Virus record (IMG/VR): IMGVR_UViG_3300005549_000001
DNA from: an uncultured virus (IMG/VR IMGVR_UViG_3300005549_000001)
Lineage: Duplodnaviria; Heunggongvirae; Uroviricota; Caudoviricetes
Length of the DNA: 22,315 nt
Strand: one strand, 5' to 3'
Below are positions 7,272 to 15,525 of the stretch, piece by piece (within the stretch, counting starts at the first letter, position 1; the number at the start of each line of letters is the position of its first letter). The translations under genes were made by a program, and so were the position numbers. The notes below the pieces were generated by a model. That model was given only the letters and a program-made list of their open reading frames with translations. It was not told the origin of the DNA and ran no database searches.

Positions 7272-7310
7272 GTGGTTCGTCGTGGTGCTCCTGGTGGTAC
7301 GCTTGGTGGT
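7272..7310 (+). repeat. Four GTGGT direct repeats spaced 10/12/12 nt
   Basis: GTGGT at 7272, 7282, 7294 and 7306, overlapping TGgTACGCT (extended -10-like). Confidence 0.45.
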
Positions 7311-7313
7311 GAA

Positions 7314-7508
7314 GTGAGCAAACCGCTGATACCCGAAGCGCTGCTCGTGCTCGACGATGAGCAGAAGCGCGCGTTCGCCGCGGCCTACTGGCTCGGCGTG
7401 TGCGTTGGCGAGCTCCTAAACCTCGGCGCAAGCGAGGAGGACGTGCGCGCCGGCTTCGAGCGCGCGATTGCGCAGGGATTGGCAATGCGGAAGGCAGGTA
7501 CGTCGTGA
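7314..7508 (+). CDS. Hypothetical protein (64 aa, starts MSKPLIPE)
   Basis: GTG 7314; GTGA overlap with the next gene. Confidence 0.65.
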   Translation: MSKPLIPEALLVLDDEQKRAFAAAYWLGVCVGELLNLGASEEDVRAGFERAIAQGLAMRKAGTS

Positions 7509-7870
7509 AAAAAGAATGGGGAGCGTGGCGCCTGGAGGCACAGCTGCGCAAGTTCTTCGAGCGCGCGGATCTCTTGCTGCTGCTCACCGTCGGTGAGGGG
7601 CCGAGGGGCTATGCCGTCGTGGCGCTCGAGCTACCAGAGACGGTCGTCAACGGAAATGCTGAGGACGTTTTCGATGCTCACGCTCACAAGCTCGTCGGCA
7701 CCTACGAGACGCTCTCGAAGGCGATGATGGCTGCTGACTCGTTCGGCGAGGCGTGGGTAAAGAGCTACAAGAGCACGCGCATCGAGCAGTGCGATTGCGA
7801 GCTTATCGAAGCGTCCGCGTCCAGTACGCCTCGGCGCGGCAGTCGACGCTCTCCCAGCGCCCGCGCCTGA
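7505..7870 (+). CDS. Hypothetical protein (121 aa, starts MKKEWGAW)
   Basis: GTGA coupling; its 3' end overlaps the convergent gene by 68 nt. Confidence 0.7.
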   Translation: MKKEWGAWRLEAQLRKFFERADLLLLLTVGEGPRGYAVVALELPETVVNGNAEDVFDAHAHKLVGTYETLSKAMMAADSFGEAWVKSYKSTRIEQCDCELIEASASSTPRRGSRRSPSARA

Positions 7871-8009
7871 CGCAGTCGCGCAGGAAGCTGTCCGTCTTGA
7901 GGTGCGATTCGTAGTAGCCGCGCGCCTCCTTCTTGGTCCGGCCGCGGAATACGTGCTCGACGATGGCGTAGCGCTCGTTTTCGTAGATCTTGATGTGCAG
8001 CGCCCACAT
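7803..8009 (-). CDS. Hypothetical protein (68 aa)
   Basis: TGATG overlap with 8009..8365; plausible composition. Confidence 0.7.
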   Translation of the reverse strand: MWALHIKIYENERYAIVEHVFRGRTKKEARGYYESHLKTDSFLRDCVRRGRWESVDCRAEAYWTRTLR

Positions 8010-8365
8010 CAGTCTTCCTCGAGTTCCTCGTCGTCCTCCTCGTCGAGCTCGTCCTCGTCCTCCTCATCGAGCTCGTCCTCGTCTTCGTCGAGATCTTCGT
8101 CGTCCTCGTCGTCGAGCTCGCCGAGACCGAGCTTCGATCGCATCTGCGCGACGCGCGTCGACGCCTCGATGGGGTTGTCGAAGAGCTCGGCCTCGCCGAG
8201 CACGTAGTTGTCTGCGCCGTCCTCGCTCACCACGTAGGGATTCTCCGGCTTGTTGCCGTTCTTGAACACGAAGCCGCGGCAGCCCTTCTCGACGATGACG
8301 ACGCGCTCGTATCCCTCTGGATACGCGACCCACTTGACGTCCCCCGGTCGGTAGCGCTTCGCCAC
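8009..8365 (-). CDS. Protein with a 36-aa acidic tail (118 aa)
   Basis: The tail ELDDEDDEDL...ELEED has 31 D/E in 36 residues; coupled on both sides. Confidence 0.8.
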   Translation of the reverse strand: MAKRYRPGDVKWVAYPEGYERVVIVEKGCRGFVFKNGNKPENPYVVSEDGADNYVLGEAELFDNPIEASTRVAQMRSKLGLGELDDEDDEDLDEDEDELDEEDEDELDEEDDEELEED

Positions 8366-8467
8366 CTACTTCGGTGCCTCGGGCTGCTTGTAGACCTTCT
8401 TTTTCTTCCTCCGCCGAGCGCTGCCGCAGCAGCTCCGAGGAGGAGGCATCTTGATTTTCTCTGCCAT
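8366..8467 (-). CDS. Basic micropeptide (33 aa) MAEKIKMPPPRSCCGSARRRKKKKVYKQPEAPK
   Basis: TGATG overlap at 8467; its stop abuts the next GTG; it fills the gap exactly. Confidence 0.7.
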   Translation of the reverse strand: MAEKIKMPPPRSCCGSARRRKKKKVYKQPEAPK

Positions 8468-9078
8468 CACGCGGCTCCTTCCGTAGCGAGTTGCGCCTTG
8501 ATCTCGGTGAGCTTTCGCTCGAAGCGCCTGAACGTCGCCGCGCGGAGCTTCGCGCTCTCCTTGAAGCACGCGCCCCCGGTGCCGTACGCGGCGAACGTCA
8601 TGGTCAGCCAGTCGCCCCCGCGGTGCTGGTAGGCGCACATGTTGCGCGAGACAGAGGCGATGCGCCCGGCGACGAGCGCGGCCCGCCGCGTGCTGTCCTC
8701 GTCGGTCCCGGCGAGGGTCTGCCACATGCGCTGCGGGACGAAGGCGTTGGCGTGTATCTGCCACAGGCTCGCGGCGCGGAAGCGCACGACGTCGCCGGCC
8801 CGGTTCTTCACCGCGTCGCACTGGAACGGCTTGCACTGCCCCGCGTGCACGTCTGCGTCGAAGCCGCTCTCGTGCCACGCGATGGTGGTGAGCACGAGCG
8901 CGAGATCGCGCGTGGAGCCCGGCCACGTGCGCCTCCTGCCCGTCGACAGCGCCTCGCTCGCGTCCGCGACGGCGTTCGCGACCGCGTGCATGCGCGCCTC
9001 GCGGTCGCCCGAGTCCTCCGCCGTGTACTTCGACGGCGGCAGGCTCATGAGCAGGTGGAAGAGCAGGATGCGGAGCAT
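8467..9078 (-). CDS. Lytic transglycosylase/lysozyme-like protein
   Basis: SLT-type motifs IAWHESGF (catalytic E), SLWQI and AAYGTG; short hydrophobic N-terminus. Confidence 0.75.
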   Translation of the reverse strand: MLRILLFHLLMSLPPSKYTAEDSGDREARMHAVANAVADASEALSTGRRRTWPGSTRDLALVLTTIAWHESGFDADVHAGQCKPFQCDAVKNRAGDVVRFRAASLWQIHANAFVPQRMWQTLAGTDEDSTRRAALVAGRIASVSRNMCAYQHRGGDWLTMTFAAYGTGGACFKESAKLRAATFRRFERKLTEIKAQLATEGAA

Positions 9079-9080
9079 GA

Positions 9081-9404
9081 TCAACCCAGAAGGTTCGGGA
9101 AGCGCGAGAACGCGGGGTGCGGACCGCCGATGATTCCGGCGACGAACCAGTGCCTCTTGTCTCGTGAGCGCTGGACGGTGATGGTCTCGAGATTTTGCGC
9201 GCCCAAGACGATCAGCTGCTCGTCAGGCATCTCTTCGACTGCTTTGGGGCCGAGGCCGCGGTTCATTGCGACCTGTTCTCCAACTTCCAGATACTGCTCG
9301 TCGGTGGGACCGCGACGCAGGATTCTGTCGGCCTCTTCTGCCGCGGCTCTCTGCGTCCGAAAGGATCGGGAGAGCGAGATCCAGCTGCGAGTTCTTCTTG
9401 CCAT
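9081..9404 (-). CDS. Hypothetical protein (107 aa, starts MARRTRSW)
   Basis: TGATG overlap at 9404. Confidence 0.7.
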   Translation of the reverse strand: MARRTRSWISLSRSFRTQRAAAEEADRILRRGPTDEQYLEVGEQVAMNRGLGPKAVEEMPDEQLIVLGAQNLETITVQRSRDKRHWFVAGIIGGPHPAFSRFPNLLG

Positions 9405-9973
9405 CAGTCCATCCACCTCACGCCGCTCACCGCGGCGGGCCGGAACGCGCAGAAGTCTGCTCGGTACGCGGTCGACTCGACGGGCTCTCCCGTGTCGTAC
9501 GTCCAGAACTTGCCGTCATTCGTCACGACGACGATGCTCGCGCCGCTCGTCACGAAGCTTCTCGCGAGCGCGCTGTTCGCGGGCAGCGGCGGCGCCGCGG
9601 TCGCGGGCAGGTAGACCGCGCCGATGTTCTTCGTCGTGGCCCAGGCCTCGAGCCTGGCGAAGTCCTTCGCGGTCTCGAGCGTGCACGCTGTAGCCGGCGG
9701 GGGCGGCGTCATCGTGGCCGCCGCGGCCTGCTTCGGCCGGAAGATCGCGTAGAGCGCCGCGCCGGCGAACGCCGCGAGCACGAGGTAGCCCAGTGCGTTC
9801 GGCGCCGGCGTCTGGTTCGCGAGCAGCGGATTGCTGAGTAGCGCGCCGGGGCACCTGGACATCACCCTCTGGTCGCCGTTTGGCATGTTCACGATCGCGA
9901 CGTCGCAGCCTTGCGCCCGGAGCTCGGCGATCCTCCTCTGACTCTGCGCGCGGGTGAGCTGGGGTACGGCCAT
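9404..9973 (-). CDS. Single-pass membrane protein with a Cys-bounded domain ending RADFCAF
   Basis: TM LGYLVLAAFAGAALYAIF followed by RPK; domain paralogous to 9973..10749. Confidence 0.8.
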   Translation of the reverse strand: MAVPQLTRAQSQRRIAELRAQGCDVAIVNMPNGDQRVMSRCPGALLSNPLLANQTPAPNALGYLVLAAFAGAALYAIFRPKQAAAATMTPPPPATACTLETAKDFARLEAWATTKNIGAVYLPATAAPPLPANSALARSFVTSGASIVVVTNDGKFWTYDTGEPVESTAYRADFCAFRPAAVSGVRWMD

Positions 9974-10749
9974 CACGGCCCTCCATAGCTACCCGAGCCA
10001 GGCTGTGGTGCTTGGGGAGACTCCATCTCAGTGTTGTAAAAGTACCATCCTGGGTTTGGGTTAGGGGGGGCGAGCCACACCCAGTCCACCACCGCGAGCC
10101 AGTTGTCTTTGTAGCGCCAAGGATCGATGCCCGTGAGCTCTCGCAACCAGTCAGCTACGTACCCGCCGGGAACAGCGAGGTTGCCGGGAGGGTAAGGGGC
10201 AATCTGCTCGGATATTTTTTTCCACGTGCGAGAACCTGCGTCCCAGTACAAGAACTGGCGCGCAGTGTACGCCCACAGTTCTGTCCGAGGTTGACCGAGA
10301 CCCTGCGTAGTTCCTGACTGCGGGGGCTCGGGCGGTGCGATCTGCGGTGGAGGTGCATCGGGAAACGCGCAGTAGTCGGCGCGCAGGTTGTTGGCGCGGC
10401 CCGTGCTTGGCGGATCCTGGATGTAGTACCAGAATGAGCCGTCGGAGAGCACGGCGACCGCCTGCTGGCCAGCTGTGACAACGGGCGCTTGCGGATGACT
10501 GAAAAACTCCTCGATGGTCGGCGGCGTCGAGGTGCGGGGCAGGTAGAGAACGCCAAAGCCGCGTGCCTCGCCCCAGCGGTCGAGCTTCTGGAAGTCGATC
10601 GGGCACGTCCCGGGCATTGCCGCTGTCTTTGCCTCCGCGCGCTTGGCGAACAGGAGGTAGCCGACGAGGGCAACGGTGCCGATGATGAGCGCCGTGCCGG
10701 CGCCGCCGAGCTCGTTCGCCTCCAGGCACTCGTCGCACTCGGCGGGCAT
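9973..10749 (-). CDS. Single-pass membrane protein with a RADYCAF domain and a Trp-rich C-terminal domain (258 aa, starts MPAECDEC)
   Basis: TM ALIIGTVALVGYLLFA followed by KR; paralog of the adjacent gene; CATACT 7 nt before the ATG. Confidence 0.8.
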   Translation of the reverse strand: MPAECDECLEANELGGAGTALIIGTVALVGYLLFAKRAEAKTAAMPGTCPIDFQKLDRWGEARGFGVLYLPRTSTPPTIEEFFSHPQAPVVTAGQQAVAVLSDGSFWYYIQDPPSTGRANNLRADYCAFPDAPPPQIAPPEPPQSGTTQGLGQPRTELWAYTARQFLYWDAGSRTWKKISEQIAPYPPGNLAVPGGYVADWLRELTGIDPWRYKDNWLAVVDWVWLAPPNPNPGWYFYNTEMESPQAPQPGSGSYGGP

Positions 10750-10789
10750 CTCCCGTAGTATGCCCCGCCTCCCGCGACCAGGTCCACCG

Positions 10790-10993
10790 TCAATGCCGAA
10801 GCAGCCACCACGCCAGCAGGACCGCCCCGCCCGCGGCCGCGACCCAGGGCCAGCCGGGCGCCTCGGGAGCCGGGGGCGCTGGCGGTTCGGGCGCAATTCC
10901 GGGCAGGTACGCGACGTCGTCGCCGTCCAGGTAATCGGGCGGTAGCACTGAGCTCGAGGGGCAGCGCGCCGCCTGGCCGAGGTGGGCGTACAT
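10790..10993 (-). CDS. Small C-terminally anchored membrane protein (67 aa)
   Basis: MYAHLGQ..., Pro-rich linker, TM WPWVAAAGGAVLLAWWLL followed by RH. Confidence 0.75.
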   Translation of the reverse strand: MYAHLGQAARCPSSSVLPPDYLDGDDVAYLPGIAPEPPAPPAPEAPGWPWVAAAGGAVLLAWWLLRH

Positions 10994-11380
10994 TTACCTG
11001 AGCAGGCTCAGGGCGACGACTCCGACGGCGAGGCCGATGAGCGCCGGCACGACGAAGCTCGCAGCCGACCGCGTCTCCGCGACGCAGATGGGGACGGCGT
11101 CGATGGCCTTCTGCATCTGCGGACGGTTTCCGAAGTAGCCGCCCATGATGGCGGTGCACTGCGGCTCGGGCAGGTAGGGGCCGTCGGCGTTGCCCGCGCA
11201 GCTCTCAGCGCGCTGATCCCAGCACGGCGGCAGGGCTAGCAGTCCCGCCTGGAAGAGCTCGGCGCGCTCGGCGGCCGGGATGCGCGCGGCGCGCTGGTCG
11301 ATCTGCGCCGGCGTCATGGCGCGAAACTCCGCGCGCGTTGGCAGCGCCGTCGCCTGCCCGAGCCACTGGATCGCGTTCAT
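10994..11380 (-). CDS. C-terminally anchored membrane protein with 4 Cys (128 aa, starts MNAIQWLGQ)
   Basis: AAGGAG SD; C-terminal TM FVVPALIGLAVGVVALSLL followed by R. Confidence 0.8.
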   Translation of the reverse strand: MNAIQWLGQATALPTRAEFRAMTPAQIDQRAARIPAAERAELFQAGLLALPPCWDQRAESCAGNADGPYLPEPQCTAIMGGYFGNRPQMQKAIDAVPICVAETRSAASFVVPALIGLAVGVVALSLLR

Positions 11381-11391
11381 CTTCGTCTCCT

Positions 11392-12171
11392 TTACGCAAC
11401 GTAGCAGACCGCGCCCGCGTTCTTCGGATCGATCGCGTTCCAGCGCGCGGCGAGGAACCGGCCGACGACGATGGGCAGGATCACCCGGGCCTGGTAGATG
11501 TGGTCGGCGTAGCCCTGCGGGTCGACGTTGTCGTAGCCGAGCACGATGAGCCCGTTCAGGCGCTTGGGCAGCTGCTGCGCGGGCCGCGGGTACTCGACTG
11601 TGTACGGCCTCGTCGCCGGCGGTGAGCCGACGCGGATCGAGGTCGGCGCCGCCTCGATGCCGCGCACGGCGGGGAAGTCGTGATACTTGTCGCTGCCCGT
11701 CGCCCGCTCCCAGATCTGCGCCGCGGTCGCCGTCGTCGAGGCGTACGGCGGCTCGATGGAGCTGTGGGTGATGACGCACAGGCGCTCGGCAGCGGCCGCG
11801 AGCGTCGCGAAGCTCACCCAGGGCGTGAGCGCGACAGGGTCGGGGAGCTTGCCTGGCGCGGTGTGAATGCCGTCGACGGCGACCGCGGCGTCGATGCGCG
11901 CTCCGTCGCCGGACTTCAGGAGGCCGAGGACGCCACCGCAGCTCTCGGAGAACCCGAGCGCCGCGACGCGGAGCGGCGTCACGCCGGGCGCGTAGCGCTT
12001 GAGAATGCCGCGCACGGGCGTCGGCCAACCGAGCGCGCGCAGCTGGTCTCCATATTTCCTGTTCGCCGGCGTCGGCAGCGCGATGAACGTCGTCGGGCGC
12101 TGGAACGCGGTCTGCACGCTCGCAGGTACGGGAGCGAAGCTCCAGGAGACGACGACGTCAGTCTCCGCCAT
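11392..12171 (-). CDS. Alpha/beta-hydrolase-fold protein (259 aa, starts MAETDVVV)
   Basis: VAALGFSESC nucleophile elbow, AVAVDGIH, ITHSSIEPPYAST and a C-terminal DH (His candidate). Confidence 0.65.
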   Translation of the reverse strand: MAETDVVVSWSFAPVPASVQTAFQRPTTFIALPTPANRKYGDQLRALGWPTPVRGILKRYAPGVTPLRVAALGFSESCGGVLGLLKSGDGARIDAAVAVDGIHTAPGKLPDPVALTPWVSFATLAAAAERLCVITHSSIEPPYASTTATAAQIWERATGSDKYHDFPAVRGIEAAPTSIRVGSPPATRPYTVEYPRPAQQLPKRLNGLIVLGYDNVDPQGYADHIYQARVILPIVVGRFLAARWNAIDPKNAGAVCYVA

Positions 12172-12175
12172 GCTC

Positions 12176-12715
12176 TCACGCGAAGATGAGGAGGGCCGCC
12201 ACCGCGGCGGCCGCGAGCCCCGCGACGATCGCGGCCGTGCTGATGCCCTTCTTTTTTGCAAGCGCTGCAGCAGAAGGAGAAAGAACGACTTTGAATTCGT
12301 CTTCGGTTGTGAACAGCGTTGCCGTACTTGCGTCGCGCGTGACGACGACGTCGATTCTGTCGAGGGGCCTGCCGGCGGTCAGGGCGTCGACGGGCGCCGC
12401 GGTGTTCTCGTCCGCTAGCACGTACGCGCCAGTCGCCGTATCGGGGTAACCGGGCGCCGCAGGCGGCGGGGTGCCAAAGTTGACCTCGTAGCTTCCGGGA
12501 GAGTACGCCGTGTAGCCCGAGGCGTTGGGCGCTGATTGCGAGGCGTCCGGCACCCAGATCATCGCGGCGAGGTTAGCCGCAATGCTCTGAGCAAGTTCCG
12601 CCGGAAATGCGGTCGGCGCCTGACCGACTCGACCTACACCGGCGATGGCGCGCACGGCGGCATCCGGCGGCAGGAGGGAGAAGTAGGCGTAAGGCAGGGT
12701 GTGGGGCGGCCTCAT
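12176..12715 (-). CDS. C-terminally anchored membrane protein (179 aa, starts MRPPHTLP)
   Basis: KKK followed by TM ISTAAIVAGLAAAAVAALLIFA; TGgTAGACT 7 nt before the ATG. Confidence 0.8.
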   Translation of the reverse strand: MRPPHTLPYAYFSLLPPDAAVRAIAGVGRVGQAPTAFPAELAQSIAANLAAMIWVPDASQSAPNASGYTAYSPGSYEVNFGTPPPAAPGYPDTATGAYVLADENTAAPVDALTAGRPLDRIDVVVTRDASTATLFTTEDEFKVVLSPSAAALAKKKGISTAAIVAGLAAAAVAALLIFA

Positions 12716-12756
12716 GGAGCAGAGTCTACCACGCACGACTCTGAGGCAGAAGCGCC

Positions 12757-13461
12757 CTACTTGCGGGGGCTTACGCGATGCGACTTGTACCGATTCGAGC
12801 GGCGCGACTCGCTGAGCTGGCGCTTGATCGCGAGCCGCTGCTTGGCCCGCTTGTCGGGTGCGTACGTGACGTGGTCGTTCTCCTTTGGATCGAAGAAGCC
12901 TACGTAGCCACCGGGCGTTACGCCAAATGATCTCAGAGGCCGACGGAGGAAGTTCGTGTGCGCGCCCTTCTCCTCTCCCTCCGTGAAGTAGAGGGGCAGC
13001 ACGAAGTTCGAGACGCTGATGCGGCCGATCTTGTACGTCTGGTCCTGTACGGCGTCGCACATCTCAAACCAGTGGAATACCTTGCGGCTGTTCTTGGGAT
13101 GAGGGCCCATCGCGAGCAGGTTCACCTGTGGGTCGGCAATAATCTCGAGCACTTCGTGTGAGAATGTCACGCTCCATGGCTCGCCGAGCATCGCCGACAC
13201 ATCCGTGAAGACCACGCCGAAGGGCACGCCCGCCGCCGTGCGATCGTGGTAGCCGAGCACGTCGTCTACGTCGACTTCCTTCTCGATGTAGATCACGGCC
13301 GTGTCTAGCGAATCAGTCGGCGCATCGAGGTGCTTGAGTGTGCAAGGCATTCCCCAGTGCGGCACGAAGTCGCGCTCCAGTTGCTTGTTCACGGCGTTGA
13401 TGGCGGCCATGAGGCTCGAGTGCTTCATGATCTTCTTTCGCTGCACAACGCTTATGATCAC
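12757..13461 (-). CDS. Zincin-like protein with an HExxE motif (234 aa)
   Basis: LGYHD...SVTFSHEVLEIIADP...EMCDAV...VSNFVLP, reminiscent of the PHI-1/EXORDIUM-like pattern (GYH, HE..E..TDP, E..D); GGAGG SD. Confidence 0.7.
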   Translation of the reverse strand: MIISVVQRKKIMKHSSLMAAINAVNKQLERDFVPHWGMPCTLKHLDAPTDSLDTAVIYIEKEVDVDDVLGYHDRTAAGVPFGVVFTDVSAMLGEPWSVTFSHEVLEIIADPQVNLLAMGPHPKNSRKVFHWFEMCDAVQDQTYKIGRISVSNFVLPLYFTEGEEKGAHTNFLRRPLRSFGVTPGGYVGFFDPKENDHVTYAPDKRAKQRLAIKRQLSESRRSNRYKSHRVSPRK

Positions 13462-14174
13462 CGTCGCCTCCAGTTTGCGTCGAAGAGCCTACCGGCGCGC
13501 CAGTGCGCGGGGTTGCCCTGCATCTTGAGCCCGTGCGTGCTCGGCAGCATTCTGTTTTCGGCGAGCACGGGCCTGTGAAAGAAGACGCGCTTGCCGAGCT
13601 TCCACACGGCCCGCGAGAGTGCAGCATCCTGACCGTACGTCTTCGAGCTCCGGGGGCGTTTGTTCTTTCTCGGGCAATCGCAGGTGTCGAGTGCGCAACC
13701 GAATGTCGCGGCCCACTCGCGCACCAGCTTGAGGGCCGTGGTGGCGACTTCTCGCGGTGCTGCAACGCAGAGCGAGCCGTACATCACTTCTGAGTTGCGG
13801 TAGCGCTCGAGTCCGCTTGAGGCTGTGTGCATCGTGTCGCTGAGCGCGGCTTGGGACACGTAGAGCCAGCCGGCGCCGAACAGGGGATCTCTCAGTGCTG
13901 GCCACGTGAGGAAGTTGTGGACAAGGTGTCGGTTGACGAGCACGTCGTCCTCGAGCCTCATGATGTACTGGGCGTCACACGCCGCCATCTTCTCGAGCAG
14001 CTCGGCGAAGAACTGACACTTTGGCACGCCGCGAGGGTGCTCGTGGACCTCGAAGTTCTCGCCGATGTCCGACTCCCTGACGCTCTTCAGCGTCTCCTCG
14101 ACTCCGGAGGACCTCTGCGGACAGGTCTGAACGAATACAGCGACTTGTCTCATACGGCCCTTGTCAGGCATCAT
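13458..14174 (-). CDS. GT-A fold glycosyltransferase
   Basis: VFVQTCPQR...TLKS, IMRLEDDV (DxD-like), GQD.AL and a C-terminal H; GTGA overlap. Confidence 0.7.
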   Translation of the reverse strand: MMPDKGRMRQVAVFVQTCPQRSSGVEETLKSVRESDIGENFEVHEHPRGVPKCQFFAELLEKMAACDAQYIMRLEDDVLVNRHLVHNFLTWPALRDPLFGAGWLYVSQAALSDTMHTASSGLERYRNSEVMYGSLCVAAPREVATTALKLVREWAATFGCALDTCDCPRKNKRPRSSKTYGQDAALSRAVWKLGKRVFFHRPVLAENRMLPSTHGLKMQGNPAHWRAGRLFDANWRRR

Positions 14175-14182
14175 AGCAGAGC

Positions 14183-14896
14183 GTGCTGCCTCGTCGCCGA
14201 AACCGAAAGAAGGTCTACAAGCAACCTGCTCAGGAGCAGGTTCGCAAGGTGCGGGCTAGGCCTAAGCGTCCCACCAGGGAAGTGTCGTTGAGGGTTACCC
14301 ACGTGTCCTCGCGACCCGTACCGAATGTGTCGCTGTTTTCCTGCGTGCCGTACTCCCCCGATGGAAACCTCGGCGGAGCCTACAACAGGTTCATGGAGCT
14401 CTTGCCGAGCGACGGCTGGGCGTGCTTTCTAGATCACGACGCGATCTGGACGACGAGGTACTGGTACGATCAGATAGCGCGCGCCGTCGCCTCGGCACCT
14501 CAAAACACGGGCGCGATCACGGCCGTCACCAACCGCATCGCGAACCCGAGGCAGCTCGTTTCGGGGTGCCCGAAGGACCACGACATGCTGCGCCACCGCA
14601 GGTTCGGCATGGTGCAGTTCGTCCGGCACGGCGACAAGCTCGTGGAGATCACGAATGCGGAGCCGATGAGCGGCGTCGTCATCATCTTGTCGAAGGCGGC
14701 GTGGCGCGCGTGCGGTCCACTGCCGTCTGGACTGCTCGGCGTTGACAATCACCTGCACGCTGCGTTGAGGAGGGCTGGCAGGCGCGTCTTTCTCATGCCC
14801 GGGCTCTACGTCTACCACTTTTACCGCGGCGACGGGGACAAGTCGCACCTCCGGCGCGGGCGCGCGCTCGAGGAGCCGTCACGCTGGTGGCGATGA
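14183..14896 (+). CDS. GT-A (GT2-like) glycosyltransferase with a basic N-terminal extension
   Basis: PYSPDGNLGGAYN...WACFLDHDA...GVDN...GLYVYH. Start uncertain (14183, 14303 or 14327). Confidence 0.8.
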   Translation: MLPRRRNRKKVYKQPAQEQVRKVRARPKRPTREVSLRVTHVSSRPVPNVSLFSCVPYSPDGNLGGAYNRFMELLPSDGWACFLDHDAIWTTRYWYDQIARAVASAPQNTGAITAVTNRIANPRQLVSGCPKDHDMLRHRRFGMVQFVRHGDKLVEITNAEPMSGVVIILSKAAWRACGPLPSGLLGVDNHLHAALRRAGRRVFLMPGLYVYHFYRGDGDKSHLRRGRALEEPSRWWR

Positions 14897-15510
14897 AGAT
14901 CGTCGTCAACGGCGCGCGATACCGTGACCTGCCGGTCATTGATCCACAGAGGGTAGCGATCGAGGCGGACCTCTCGCGAGCAGACGTCGCCGTGCTGCAC
15001 GAGCTCTGCGCAGGCAGGACCGTCGTAGAATTTGGCTGCGGTGGCTCGACGCTGCTGCTTGCTCGCTTCAGTCGCATCGTGCTCTCGTACGACCACGACG
15101 TGGGCTGGCTCGAGCGCGTCGCCCGCGTGGCTCGTCGTCGAGCTCAGAAGGGCGTGCGCATGTCGCGCATTGTCCTGCAGCACGTGTCCGAGGGCGCCCC
15201 GCCGCCGAAGCTGCCCCGCGTCGACGTGCTCTTCGTCGACGGCGAGCGGAATGCCCGGCACCTCTGGGTAGAGCGCGCTCTCAGGGCCCGCGTTGCCCGC
15301 GTCGTCGTAATCCACGACTCGCGGCGGCCCTCGCCGCTCGCGGACTGCTCGTCGCTCATCACGTGGCCACTCACCAGGAGCATCGACAGGGTACTCTACC
15401 ACTACAAAAACTCGAACCACGTCGTCGTGTGCCTCCGCGACGAGTCCGTTCGGTACGTGGACTGGAATAAGGCTGAACCGCGGCGCCGATTGCCGCACTT
15501 GCACGTGTAG
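14893..15510 (+). CDS. Class I SAM-dependent methyltransferase
   Basis: VVEFGCGGST (motif I), VDVLFVDG, VIHD; ATGA overlap. Confidence 0.85.
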   Translation: MKIVVNGARYRDLPVIDPQRVAIEADLSRADVAVLHELCAGRTVVEFGCGGSTLLLARFSRIVLSYDHDVGWLERVARVARRRAQKGVRMSRIVLQHVSEGAPPPKLPRVDVLFVDGERNARHLWVERALRARVARVVVIHDSRRPSPLADCSSLITWPLTRSIDRVLYHYKNSNHVVVCLRDESVRYVDWNKAEPRRRLPHLHV

Positions 15511-15525
15511 GGTTAGCATAGGGAA

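Noticed and set aside
7902..8207. Poly-Ser ORF on the plus strand
   Set aside because: Antisense reading of the Asp/Glu tail codons.
4801..8467. Shared CCG motif in two small proteins (MCCGKKRC, SCCGSARR)
   Set aside because: Three residues in two proteins is too little to separate from chance.
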